Source of the DNA: the human T2T-CHM13v2.0 reference genome, Homo sapiens | Strand: one strand, 5' to 3' | Assembly: GCF_009914755.1 (NCBI RefSeq) | Contig: NC_060926.1 | DNA length: 64,000 bases | Part shown: piece by piece, positions 42,185 to 55,316 of the stretch | Numbering within the stretch: position 1 is the stretch's first letter | Layout of the letters: each line of letters begins with the position of its first letter | Made by a program: the position numbers and the translations under genes | Notes under the pieces: model-generated | What the model was told of the DNA's origin: nothing | Databases searched by the model: none | The model's input: only the letters and a program-made list of their open reading frames with translations

Positions 42185-43388
42185 ATCTTCTAACAAATGG
42201 GGTTGGCACAAGTGTGTATCTGGAAGGAAACAAAAAAACACTGACCTTTGCCTTACACCACTGCACAAAAAGTACTTAAAATATCCATAGACCTAAATGT
42301 AAAGGCTAAAATGATTTAAAAAAAAAAAAACCCTCAGAAGAAAACATAGGAAAAAAACGAAGAAAATCTTCGCAACCTAGAGATAGGTAAAGATTTCTTA
42401 AATAGTATACAAGAAAATACAAATCATAAAAAGATACTTTAAATTTTTTATCAAGATTTAAAACTTTTGTTCTTTAAAAGATACCATTAAGAAACCAAAA
42501 TGCAAGCCACAGAGTGAGAAAAATATTTATTATCCATATGTATCTGGCAAAGGACTTACATTCAGATTATATAAAGAATTTATGTAACTCAGAAATAAGA
42601 CAATCCAGTAAAATACTGAAACAAGATCTGAACAGAAGACATACATGGCTAAGAAACACATGAGAAAGGTTCAATGTCACTAATCAGAGAAATGAAAGTT
42701 AAAACTATAATAAGAAACCACTACACACCTATTTAAATGGCTAAAATTAAAAAGATTGACGATACCAAGTATTAACAAGAATGTAGAGGAACTAGAATTC
42801 TCATACACTGCTGGTGGGACTGTAAAATGGAAAATCCACTTTGCAAAACTCCTTAAAAAGTTAAACACACACCTACCACCTAACCCAGCCATTGTACAAC
42901 TAGAAATTTTTCAAAGAGAAATCAAAATATAGACCACTTAAAGACTACACATGAATGTTCATAGCAGCATTATTCATAACAGTAAAAACTGAAAAAAAAA
43001 CCCCAAATGTCCATCATCAGGTAAGTAAACAAAATGTGGTATATCCATATTCCTCTTTAATCAAAGGGAATGCAACAAAATAGATCTCAAAATAGCTGAG
43101 TGAAAGAAGATGGACACAAATGAATACATATAAAAGTCTATAAAATTCAAGCTGATCCATAGCTTGAAAAAAGCAGATCAGTGACTGCCTTTGCCAGAGG
43201 TGGAGGGAGGAATGGATTGCAAAAGGGACACAAGGAAACTTCTCAGGGAGAAGGAAATGTTCTGTGTCTTGATGACTGTGATAGCTTCACGGGTGTACAC
43301 AGCTGTCAAAATTCATCAAACATACTGTACTAAGTGGATGCAATTTATTATATATAAATTATACTGCAATTAAGTTTATTTTAAAAAT
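42185..43388 (+). mobile_element. L1M (L1ME/MC-like) ORF2 end and 3' UTR
   Basis: atagacctaaatgtaaaggctaaaa, catacactgctggtgggactgtaaaatgg, atgaatgttcatagcagcattattcataa. Confidence 0.88.
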
Positions 43389-43489
43389 CAGAAGGCTAAA
43401 AGAAAGGTAAGAAACCTATTATTCACCACCCAGGAATTTATTTTTAGATAAAGGTATTGCTGATATATTATACAACCAAATAAGAAATG

Positions 43490-43790
43490 TCCCATTCAGG
43501 CACTGCCTCCCTTGGGAAGCCTCCCTGAGCCTCCCTATCCCTACCTCAGACTCCCTACCCTACTCTAGGTAGAACTCAGTACCATCTCTGGGCTCTGGTC
43601 CTCAATCATCCTGTACATTACAACGCCTGTCAACACCGCACTCCGATCTACAAATTACTCAATGACTTCCTCACAGTGAGCCGATTGTATGCTGTGGTTT
43701 TTGCCTTGTTCATCTTTATATTACTAACATTGAGAATAAAACTGTTGCTCAATATATATATATATTTGGATAAATGTACAGGTGGACAGA
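43490..43790 (+). mobile_element. L2 3' fragment
   Basis: ctcccttgggaagcctccctga...ccttgttcatctttat...gctcaata. Confidence 0.6.
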
Positions 43791-46126
43791 TATAGAAAAA
43801 ATAAAGGAAGAAAAAACTAACCACAAAAGGGCTGAATCAACAAGGATGCCAAAAAAATTACCATAGGTTCCAAGTATTTCTTTTTACACAAAAAAAGGAA
43901 AATATAAACCCTTAAGTTGAAAAGCGTCATAGCAGATAAATCACAAAAATTAGGTAGCTCTTGCCCTGAGTAATGGGCTTCAACAAATGCTTTTCGCTAA
44001 GTTCTCAAGTGTAATCTTCTTCATGTGGATGAAAAATGTAATACATACCTTCTTCAAAATGGGATAACTTTAGGAATTCCCTACTGGAGAAAATTACTGC
44101 CATATAACCTCACTGGACAACAGTTCAAAACATGAAATCCTTCCCAATAAATTTTTTATCCAGATTTCTTCACCTAGAATTTTAAGTGAAATATAGACTT
44201 TAATTAATAATTATATGAAGTTTCATTTTCATAAGGAAGTAATACAAGCATATGGCATCTTCATACCTTTAACTGACAAAATGTTTATATTTCTGAAACC
44301 CCAGGACTATCAAGGACTTAACCCATAACATTGAAACTATCTCTGTATATGTTTATCTTCTCTCCAAAGCTAAGGGTTCTTTTCCCTTGACACTTAATAC
44401 AGCACTGCCTTGTTATAGAGTAAGCACTTAAAAAAATAGTCACTGAATTACATAAAGTGACGTTTCTCTCTTTTTTAGTACATGGAACTGTTAACCCATT
44501 AAGTTACACAGGTCCCATACTCATGCCTCTTTAAATTTTGTGCATTATGGGAATCAAGGGCACTGTGCGAGGCATGGAACATAGAGAAGTAAACAAAATA
44601 GACCTGGTCCTTGCCCACTTGGAGCTTACCGTCTAGGGAGAAGATCATGGGATCTGACCTCAGCAGGTGTGTCCAGGAGGAGCTGTGTTTTTAACAAGTT
44701 TAACATTAATATGCTAAAACTAATATTATTGCTGGTGAGAAATATTTGCTATAATTAAAAAATATGCAATCCTTCCAACTCCTAAAGTCCAACTCTTGGA
44801 GAGGTATTAATAATATTATTCTATTTATTATTATAAAATATTATTATATTATTTAAAATAATAAAAGTTCCAAAGGATACACAAGGTTTATGGGAAAGGA
44901 AGCCATTGATCACACCTACTTGAAAAGTAATTTGCCCAGGCTAATATCACTTCTCCTATACTGTATGGTTTACAAGTATGCTGTCCACTGTATATTTGGG
45001 GAAAGAATTATTGGCTCTTTAAAAAAAAAATGCATGATCTATCCCCAAAGTTCCTTCTCTACAGTATGTCTGCAAGTGGAGGCTCGTCTGTCTAAGTGCC
45101 ATCAGATTTTTGAATTTTCCAATGAGAATGGTAATGCTGCTAGTTACTCATCTGATCTCTAAACCTAAGAATTCCCTTCAGTCAACATACAGCAAATGGG
45201 TACTTTAGATGGTGGTCAGAACTCCTAACTTGGACTAACTGCTATTCTTTCCCTGCTAAAAACATTTCCTTAACTTTAAGCTCAAGATCTTCTCTCAGAG
45301 TTGATCAGTGGAAAGAAAACAGACCTGAACTTGGTTTAGGCTCTGAAGAAATTACTTTATGTTGTATGCTGTAATTCAATGAAGATAAGCCCTTGACTTC
45401 TAAGGAGTGTCAATCTAAGAAAAAATAACTCAAGAACATTTTTTGCAACAGTAGGTCAAGCTCTCTGCCATGTTATCCAAGGTTCTTTATAGAAAGAACC
45501 AAGAGATAAATTCCACTTGAATTTGGTATCAAGCAAAAGCTTGCCTCGCTATATAATCTTTTAATCCTATAGGTCTACTTTTGTCAAGAGAGGAGGACTA
45601 AATAGACAACTATAATTTCCTGGTTGCTAACAAGCTGAAGGCTAAATTTTCTTCTCAGTGATTGTAATTATATCACTCTGGGTTCCCTGCCCAATTCTCT
45701 TTCCACTCTCAAGATATTTTTAAAATCTCATTTTAGCTTCATTTTACTTCACCTACTTTATGCTTTCATACTGTAAGTCACCTTAAATCTTCTCTGGAAC
45801 AAGGCAAGGTAAAAATAAATCATTCATTTATATCATGTGGTTACATCAATGCTTACTCAACTTTCAGTTCCTCTAAATATTTCTAGGGTATCTCTCTGTC
45901 CATCTCTCTACGGAAAAGCCCTCCCTTTAAAAATCATCTTCATACTCAACCTAACTTTCTACTGTTACTTTGTATATTAAAAACAACAAAGAGATAGGTT
46001 ATGGCACAATTCCTATTTAAGTCCGGTTAGCCCAGTTCAAAGGTAGGGGTTACAATGGAGTCTGGGCATTCCTGGAAAAACAGTAACAACAGGTTTGAAG
46101 GATCTTAATTCTATCTTCCTTCCTTC

Positions 46127-46425
46127 TTTTTTTTTTTTTTTTTCTTGAGATGGAGTCTCGCTCTGTCACCCAGGCTAGATTGCAGTGGCATGATCTTGGC
46201 TCACTGCAACCTCTGCCTCTTGGGTGCAAGCAGTTCTCTGCCTCAGCCTCCCGAGTAGCTGGGATTACAGGCGCCTGCCACCATGCTGAGCTAATTTTTG
46301 TATTTTTAGTAGAGATGGGGCTTCACCATCTTGGCCAGGCTGGTCTTGAACTCCTGACCTTGTGATCCACCCATCTTGGCCTCCCAAAGTGCTGGGATTA
46401 CAGGAGTGAGCCACTGCACCCAGCC
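46127..46425 (-). mobile_element. AluSg/Sc-like
   Basis: Full Alu; flanking repeat ccttccttct. Confidence 0.95.
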
Positions 46426-49400
46426 ACCTTCCTTCTAATTTTGGAGCTTTGCAGGGTCCATAGATGGGTTTCTGGGGATCAGTAAACCTATCTAAACCAC
46501 CTGCAAAATACTATGTAAATGTTAAATATGTATTTGGTAGGGGCAGGAGGGGGAAGCTACAGGCTTAATCTGAGTTTTTAGGTCCCTAACACCCACAGTT
46601 AAGAACTATTATCTACCTGGCCCCTCCGTCCCCACCGCCCAACTTTACCCAGTCAATCTTCAACTACCTGACTGACGGCTATGAATACAAAATACAGTTC
46701 AAAGCCCACCTTTTACTCAGAAATCAGAGTATGTTTTCCTTTATCATTTAACTTGGTTTATTCATTTTATACCCCCAGAACAGTGTCTGAAACAAAGGTC
46801 AATTCAACAAATGGAATTAATTAATCTGAGGTGTTCTATTTATTAGTCATTGATGGCAAAAAAAAAATCACTCATCAATAACTAATAGAGGCAAGTAATC
46901 TGGAGGCTGATGATTCCTAATTTTTAAATTGAAAATAAATACAAACCCCAGTAACAGAATCAATTAAGTGTGTATATACAGCAAAAAGGCAAACAAACAA
47001 CCCCCAAAATGTAGTTAAACGATATTTCCCTACTTGATTAAATCATGTTGCAGCTGCTTCTAAATTTTAAAACACAGAAGCAATGCAAATGTGAATTTTC
47101 TCTGCAAATTCTCCTTGCAGGAGTGACACAGCAAAGAGGAATATAATAGGTTACAACTAACTCAGAAGTACAATACAGGCACAATTTCTGACCACCAACA
47201 AAGATGTAGGAGGCTGCTAACACAACCATAGCCCTTTCTCAATTCTTTTCCTGGTTTCTGACCTGAACTTTGTCATTAGCACATATTACTCTGTGAAGAT
47301 TTTGATCATCTCACAATTTCTGACTTCGTACTTGCAGCAGCCTTATTATGTATGCTTCAAAGCTAGAGGATTTTAATTTCCATTTTTTATTTGCACTCAG
47401 GAGGCTGCAGATTATCCAGTATAGAAATTCCCTAGAGTGAGAATCTCTTTATATAAAATAATTCCCTACACTCGCAATTCTTTATATTAGAACAATAATA
47501 GATGTAGGCATTATTATTGAGGATTTAGCTAGAGGAAAGCAACCTCTCAAATAGAACAGCACTTTATCAAAATAATTATTATTCCTTTCTCTGGGGAGGT
47601 TGTGTGAAAGCCCTTGTTCATCTCTGCAACATGTTAAAATGTATCACTTTTATATGGCTCCTTTTTTTCATGAAGTAGGCAGCAGCACAAGTAAATAACA
47701 ATAGCTGACTTTTGAGAGAAAGGGGAAGATCCTTGCAATACTGTTGAGTATATCACGGGTATTGTCACTTTAACAGCAGAGATAACCTCCCTTTAAGGTA
47801 ACCTTAGACTTAATGGACCTTTCTACAGTTTCAACACCAATAACATAGTAGAGATTAGGATGGAAAAATAGATATATGGTCCTTTCCTTATCACTCAATA
47901 TGCAACTTGAAGTCCAAGGCCACTACGATAAGTTTGGAGTCCTTAAACATGGTGATTTACTGAACATCATAAAGTCAATTCTAGCCTAAGAGAGGTTACT
48001 GGGCATCAGCTTGATTTGTCCTTAAAGTAAGCTTGATAAAATACTGAAATATGACCCAAAGACTGTTTATAAGAAAGATGCTAACACTGAAAAGATCAGC
48101 CTCTAATAATTATCTCAGAAACAGGAAGGAAAGTATAAAAGGACCAGGAGTTTAGAAAAAGAGAAGAAGAAGATTAAAATGTACACTGCACCAAATCTAC
48201 AAATACCCAAATTCATGCACTTTGTTGCACTGTGGTGAGGCAAACCCAAGGGAACCAGTGACAGCTTTTTGGGAAGGTGAGCGAAGACCTGTTTGTCTGC
48301 AGTGGAAGGAGAGGCCAACTGCATGCTGGGCAAGGGTCACAGAAGACAAATAAGACTGGGAAAGGAGACCAAGAATGTAAACCAACCAACCATGACTAAG
48401 GGCCAAACAGGTAATAATTCCAACAGACCCACTGCCAAAGACAGTGGTTAATTACATTCTCCTTTCAGGTAAGTACAGGAAAAAATGAGTAACTATACTG
48501 AAGAGGAATCAACCTGATAACAGAGAAGAGAAAGAAAAGCATTCAGTGAACAGCAAGCTCCTTGTAACTTCTGTTGAAAGTAAAGGCACAAGTCAAAAAA
48601 ACAAAAAACAAACAAACAAAAAAACCAAAAAAAACCCAACATTGTTCATTTGCATCTTATAAGTGACCAAAAAAAAGTTATAAACAAGAATATAATGATG
48701 TTATTTCAAAATTTAATCTGGTTAAAAAAAAAATCAAGTTAGTCCTAAACCTGTGCCTTGGTACATTTTCACATTTCTTCTTCCATTCCTCCCACACCCT
48801 GGGTGTTTCCTCTTCTTTTAACCTGCAGAGCACAGCTAGAAGCTACACAACAGAGCTGGAAGGCATCCTCTAGAACAGAAACACTCAGGCCCCCTGCCTC
48901 ACCCACCCCCACACCCCCTGCAGCAGGCCAGAGGCAGTCTTAGCCGTCCACCCCAGTTGACACTGATATTTGAAAAATGACACCATTATTCTCAATTTAA
49001 TTTATTTGAACAATTCTCCACATGCTGTCTTATATGGTTATTCAATATTTTCTCTGTTTATATCCTTATTTTCTTAAACCAAAATATAAGATCTTTCAAG
49101 GACAAAGTTTATGTTTTAGAATATTCCCATGGTAACTTGCCCAGCAGGAGTTCAATAGACGTACAGAAGAATGACTGTGACAGTGGATATTAGGTGAATC
49201 TTTTCCTGTCACCCTAGCACTGTTCCTAGGATGCTAAGCTAAAAATAACCAGACATCAGCTACCCCATATTCTAAAGATTGATGCAAATATCATGCTACT
49301 CCTTTAAGGCTTATTAACAATTGGCCAAAATGGCTATGCTAGCCCCAACCACGACATCTGACTCCTCCAACTCCTATCTTTATAAAGAAAATATGGGGAA

Positions 49401-49634
49401 GGGGTAAAGAATGACAGGGAACCCTCACGAGTTACTGGTCTAGGGTGTGTACTGAGGCTCCCCACTACCAATACAACTGCAGGAGTCCCCCAGAGAGGCA
49501 CTCCACAGGTCAAAGGAGTGGGCAAGGAGGCAAGGCTGGCATCTCATTCCCCAGATCAATACCTGCTTAGGGAGCAGACATATCGATCAACCCTACCCCT
49601 ACTGCCTGAGCAAGGAAAAGAAAACTAGCAAGAT

Positions 49635-50012
<378 letters not shown>

Positions 50013-51770
50013 CTACCCCCGTGTCTTGGTGTGGTGAAGGGGTCACCTGGAAGGTGGCCCACATCAAGCCATCTTGCCATCACCCCACTCCTCCCAAGTG
50101 GAGGTGAGTCACTTGCTCACCTCCCTAGGTGAAAGGAAGCAGAGCTGGCCTATATCTCTTCAGAGAGTCCCACAAGGGTCACTACTGAAGAGCTGGCCTT
50201 TGGACACTGGCCTCAGAGGACACTGGCAGCCAGTTAGTTTTAGAGAAGCAGTGGCAACCAAGAGGAAAAAGCAACCCAAAAAGGGGAGAAAGGGTAACTG
50301 TGTTCCCTCCTCAGGGAGAGGGGTCAGGTGGGTGATGGGAGGGGATAAGGGTGAAACTGCATAATAAATGGAAGCTTAAACCAAACTTTGTTACATTCCA
50401 AGTGACAGGAAAATTATGGCCTAATGCCAAAGATGCCATTAAAAGATGGGAAGGGAAGATCTGACAACTCTTTAAAGGCAGTAACTAAAGAAACATAAAA
50501 CTTCTGTTTTGTTTTTACCCAGCGAGTATAGATTGTACAATAAACTGATTAAAAAAGAATGAAGAAAAAACAACTTAAAAAAAAAGGAAAAAAAGAGAAT
50601 GAAGCATTGTTAAATATCTTTTAGCCCTGATATTTTTTAAGTTCCCCATTTTCTTTCAGATGTTGGAGAAAAGAGGTAAAAGAGACAGAATGTTTTAAGA
50701 AATAAAAAAAAGATTCTTCTTAGCTACTTGGATATTGCTAAAAATACTCTATAAGCAAACAATACACTTCCCTGCAACAGAACAGCTAGGCTAATGTAGT
50801 CAAAAGGCCAATCTGACTAGGATCCTGTGTGATTTACAATGTTAGAGTTTAAAATGGTATAGCCATGCTGTGGTAATACACATTCATTTTAAGTGCTTTA
50901 GAGGCCTAATAATTCATTTGAACATTCTCAGAGAAAGACTTCTCTTTCGGGGGAGGGAGCAAAATGGTGCAACCAAACCATAAAAAGAGAAAGGATCAAA
51001 GGACAAAAACCCCATCAGCTTTTTGACTGAGCTGACCTTGTATCTGCTCCACAGCAAGAACTCTAGAACGAGTTCCAGACAAACGTACAAAGTTTGGTTT
51101 TACAAAATCCCCAGAGCTTCTCCATTAAGACAACAAAGGCCATTGGTGGGCATGCTGGTAAATTCTCCAAGTAGGGACTGAAAAGTCATCTTCAAGTAGC
51201 CACTGCAGCATGCTCCAAGGTAAAGGATTAATATAAACTTATGGGGACAGGAGACCAAACCTCCTCCCCGGGGCCCTCTGTGTCAGAAAGGTGGTTTGCT
51301 TTCTTACCCAGGGCAGAAGCCCTCCAATGCTTTTATGAAACAAGATGTATCTCTGCAAATAAAAATGAGTCAAAGGGTTTTAAAGAGGATTTACATTAAT
51401 ACTTTGTGGCCAGGTATGCTTGACAGCATCTTCCATATCCAAATTCATTAAAAACTCAACCAAAACTCATATTTCCTTTTGGAGATTAAAGTTGCTTAAC
51501 TACTTACCTCACTGGGGAAACTCACTGAGCTAAGCAGATTACCAGACGACGGCACAGAGTTTTATTTTCTGAAAATTTTTTAAAAGAGTAGTTCTTATAT
51601 TTGATAGTCCCATTTCTATGTGGCCCAGAGGGTGAAAGCTCAGGAGATAATCTCTAGTTACTCCATGCAGCCAAATTCTGATTAAATTAAGATCCTTATC
51701 AAGTGATGGGTTTTATTTTGCCATAGTTCCCTAAAATACAGTTATTTTCTACCTCCTTCTTGGCCTATGC

Positions 51771-52065
51771 TTTTTTTTTTTTTTGAGAAGGGGTCTCATT
51801 CTGTCACCCAGGCTGAAGTATAATGGCACAATCTCGGCTCACTGCAACCTCCGCCTCCCAGGTTCATGCCATTCTCCTGCCTCAGCCTCCTGAGTAGCTG
51901 GGACTACAGGCAACCGCCACCACGCCTGGCTAATTTTTTGTATTTTTAGTAGAGACGGGGTTTCACCACGTTAGCCAGGACGGTCTCGATCTCCTGACCT
52001 CGTGATCCGCCGGCCTTGGCCTCCCAAAGTGCTGGGATTACAGGTGTGAGCCACCGCGCCCGGCC
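51771..52065 (-). mobile_element. AluY/Sc8-like
   Basis: ttagccaggacggtctcgatctcctgacctcgtgatccg; TSD ggcctatgcttt. Confidence 0.95.
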
Positions 52066-52083
52066 CGGCCCGGCCCGGCCCGG
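52059..52083. repeat. (CCCGG)5 pentanucleotide repeat = (GGGCC)n on the STK39 strand
   Basis: Five perfect units counted at the Alu 5' end/TSD junction. Confidence 0.97.
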
Positions 52084-53054
52084 CCTATGCTTTTTAAGTT
52101 CAGGTAAATTCATGTTCTTGTCTCTCATGAATATTGGACCAAACTGGGCCACTTCTAAGAGGTCATCTGCAGGCCCCAGGGACAGTACAGGACCTGGGTA
52201 AATGAAACCTGCTAGAAAACACTAACCGAACCACTCAAGCCTCCAATAATTGGCTCTTGCTTTATTCTTTCCACCACCTTTGTTGTTGACTCTTCAGGTT
52301 CTCTAGCTACCTTCTGTAATTAGCAACCCCGCCACCTGACACCAGCTACTGGCATCAAAGCTAGGCGCCATGTCCAGATGGTCATATCATCTCATTCCCC
52401 TAGCTCTGCAATGCCTCTGATGTGACCCCAGACCTTCCTTTACCCATGTAATACCCTCAACAGTGTCACACAGACTAAATGTGGTCAGCTCTGACAAATG
52501 CCTAATGCATCATCTGGCAAATGCCTAATGCCTAATGCTATTGACGAGATGGTTTTCATCACCGTTTGCAAAAGGAACAAGTGATAGCTCTGATAACCAG
52601 TGGCCACTGAGTACCTTGTAAAACCACCAGCCCTTTGCCCAGATGCTCGTTGGATTGTCAGTTGATGTAACAGTCAAAGAAAAACAGTGTGAAATAAGCA
52701 CCACACAAGACTCAGGATCTCTGAAAGTGAACTGAAGAAGATGAAGACTCCCCTGAGTTAATCAATTCTCTCCCGGCTACCACCTAACATCCAGAACACA
52801 CGGCTAATGCTGGATAATGACAAGAATGGAGGCAGAGAGATAGATAAGCTCCGATTTCTGAGTGAACAAAAGTCCTGGTAATTTTCTTACCAGGTTGCCT
52901 CCTGTCACCCAAAAGATATTTTTATTACTTTCCATTGCCTAGAAAAGAAAATCCCAATTCCCTAGCACAAAATCCTTAACCAAGTATCTGCCAATCAATA
53001 TTTCTGGACTTTTCTTTCATTGGAAGCTATCCAGGGCATCATTTAAATGAGGAC

Positions 53055-53295
53055 CTACCAGGATCAGATAACACAAGTTAGAATTCCTGCTCAGGTACTA
53101 AACAGGAGTGTTTAACTCTCTAGGCAAGTAAATTAACTTTGGTGCTTTGGTTGTTTTTCATCTGTAAATGAGAATAACATTAGTATCTATTTCACAGTGT
53201 TGTCAGAAGTAAAAGAAACAAGGCAGTGGGCATTTAACACACTGCCTTGCATATGAGTAGCAAGCAGTAAATGCTATCCATAATAGTAACTATGA
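53055..53295 (+). mobile_element. MIR
   Basis: ggcaagtaaattaact...tcatctgtaaatgagaataacattagtatctatttcacag. Confidence 0.75.
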
Positions 53296-53900
53296 CTCCA
53301 GCCACCAGCTGAGAACTAGCAATTCTCCTTGCCTGTGCCCTGCACTTGCCTGACTTGTGTCTGTGTTCATACTCTTCCTTGGGAAATAACCAGATGTGTG
53401 TAAGGTGGCATTGTTTGTAATAGTGAAGCGTTAGAAACACACTACTCATGTACATCAGGAGAGAACTGGGTGTCCGATTCTAAAGGAGGGGGCTACATGG
53501 GAACTACAGATTCCAGATCTCTACTTGAAAGATTTCATAGGAAGGCACACCTTCCAAATTACCTTGTACTTTTAAGTAATCCCTCTTATCAGCTGAAAGG
53601 GATAATATGCAATTTCATACTTCCATATGATTGTCTCAAAACATAGAAGAAAATAAGCTTCACACACATCTGTATCTTCTTTGTAACATTTGGCGTACAC
53701 TGGGCACTCCAAAGGTGCTCCATAATGATAATCCAAGCTCATGAAAGTTCACTGCCCTACTTCAGGGAAGCCTGAATGTTAGGAATGTGACAGGCACTGC
53801 ATCAGGCCCTGTAATACCAAGAAATGTGGGACCAGGAAGCAAGCATAATAAAAATTAGAAATTATATACCACAAATAAGGAGAGACACTTAAAATCTTTC

Positions 53901-54394
53901 TTTAGTGTCAGAATAATAGCTCCGAAATACGTCCACAGCCAAATCTCAGGAACCTGTGAATAAGTTAACTCTTCATGGCAAAAAGGGATTTGGTAGATGT
54001 AATTAAATTAAGGACCTTGTGAAGAAAGATTATTTTGGATTATCCTGGTGAGACCATCCTAATCACAAGGGTCCTTAAAAGCAGAGAAGCCTCCTGGTGG
54101 TCAGAGAAAGAGATCTTGCTTGTGTTAACAGAAGCAAGGCCAGAGAGATGTTAAGCTGCTGGCTTTGCAGATGGCAGAAGGAGCCGAGGGATGCAGGCTA
54201 CCTCTACAAGCTGGAAAAGGGAAGGAAACAGACTCTCCCCAAGGGCCTCCAGAAAGGAATGCAGCCCTATAGACACCTTGATTTTAGCCCGCTGAGACTC
54301 TTCTGACCTACAGACTGGAATACAATACATCTGTGCTGCTTTAAGCCACTAAGTAAATGGTAATCTGTTATAGCAGTGATAGAAAACTAATACA
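53901..54394 (+). mobile_element. MLT1D-like MaLR solo LTR
   Basis: ggaacctgtgaata...catggcaaaaaggga...agcctccagaaaggaatgcagccc-like...tagaaaactaataca. Confidence 0.9.
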
Positions 54395-55186
54395 AAGGCC
54401 AACCAATGAAATTCACCGGACAGCAGAGATTTCCCACAATACCATCAGTTAACAACTGTATGAATTTTACCAAGGAGAATAAAGTTTTCTAGCACTTCGG
54501 GGATTGCTAAATAAAGTTTAAATTACATTCCAAGAAGTCTGGTTTCAACAGGGAAAGAAAAGTTAATGCAAAGAAAGTCCCCAAACTGAAATATACTTGT
54601 TACCTTTCCAAGACTCAGCATCTCAAGGAAGAAATCTTACCACTCATTATCTTCAGGGATATGGTAACGGAGAACTGAAATAACTCTGCAAACAGTCTCC
54701 AGAATTATTCATCTCTGATCAAGAGGACAAGTCCTAAGAGACAACCTTCCCTAATAAAACTGGAGAGGAGAATTTTTAGAATGCTAAGAGCAGCAGGTTA
54801 CCTCATCAGTAGCCAGGAAAGGTGGAATATAAAAAAGGATGAGGGAGACAGGCTCTGCACAGCGACAGGAAGGATAACTTAAAATACAAAGGCATTTGTT
54901 AAAATTTCAGGCTACTATCAGGTAAGGTATCAGGTAATTAACATTGACTTAAATGCCACCAAAAAAAAGCTGTTTAAGGTACTGACTATTTTTAAGACAT
55001 TTTCTCTTCACGCCTATCTGTGTAATGACATTAAAAGGCTCATGAGAAAGAAGCAATAGTTCACAGAAGACACGAGAGTCCCCAAAACATAACCAAACAA
55101 TTGGTCTACCATGCAAGACTGACTCCTGGCTACAATGCTGTGGAACTTAAGATGAGAGGAGAGCAAGGAGGCCCTCCACTCTACTC

Positions 55187-55316
55187 TTTTTTAATTTTTT
55201 GAGACAGGGTCTCACTTTGTTGCCCAGGCTGGTCTCAAATGCCTAGGCTCAAGCGATCCTCCTGCCTTGGTCTCCCAAAGGGCTGCAATTACAGGCACAA
55301 GCCACAGCGCCCAGCC
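55187..55316 (-). mobile_element. FLAM_C-like Alu monomer
   Basis: Single arm; flanking repeat ctctact. Confidence 0.88.
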
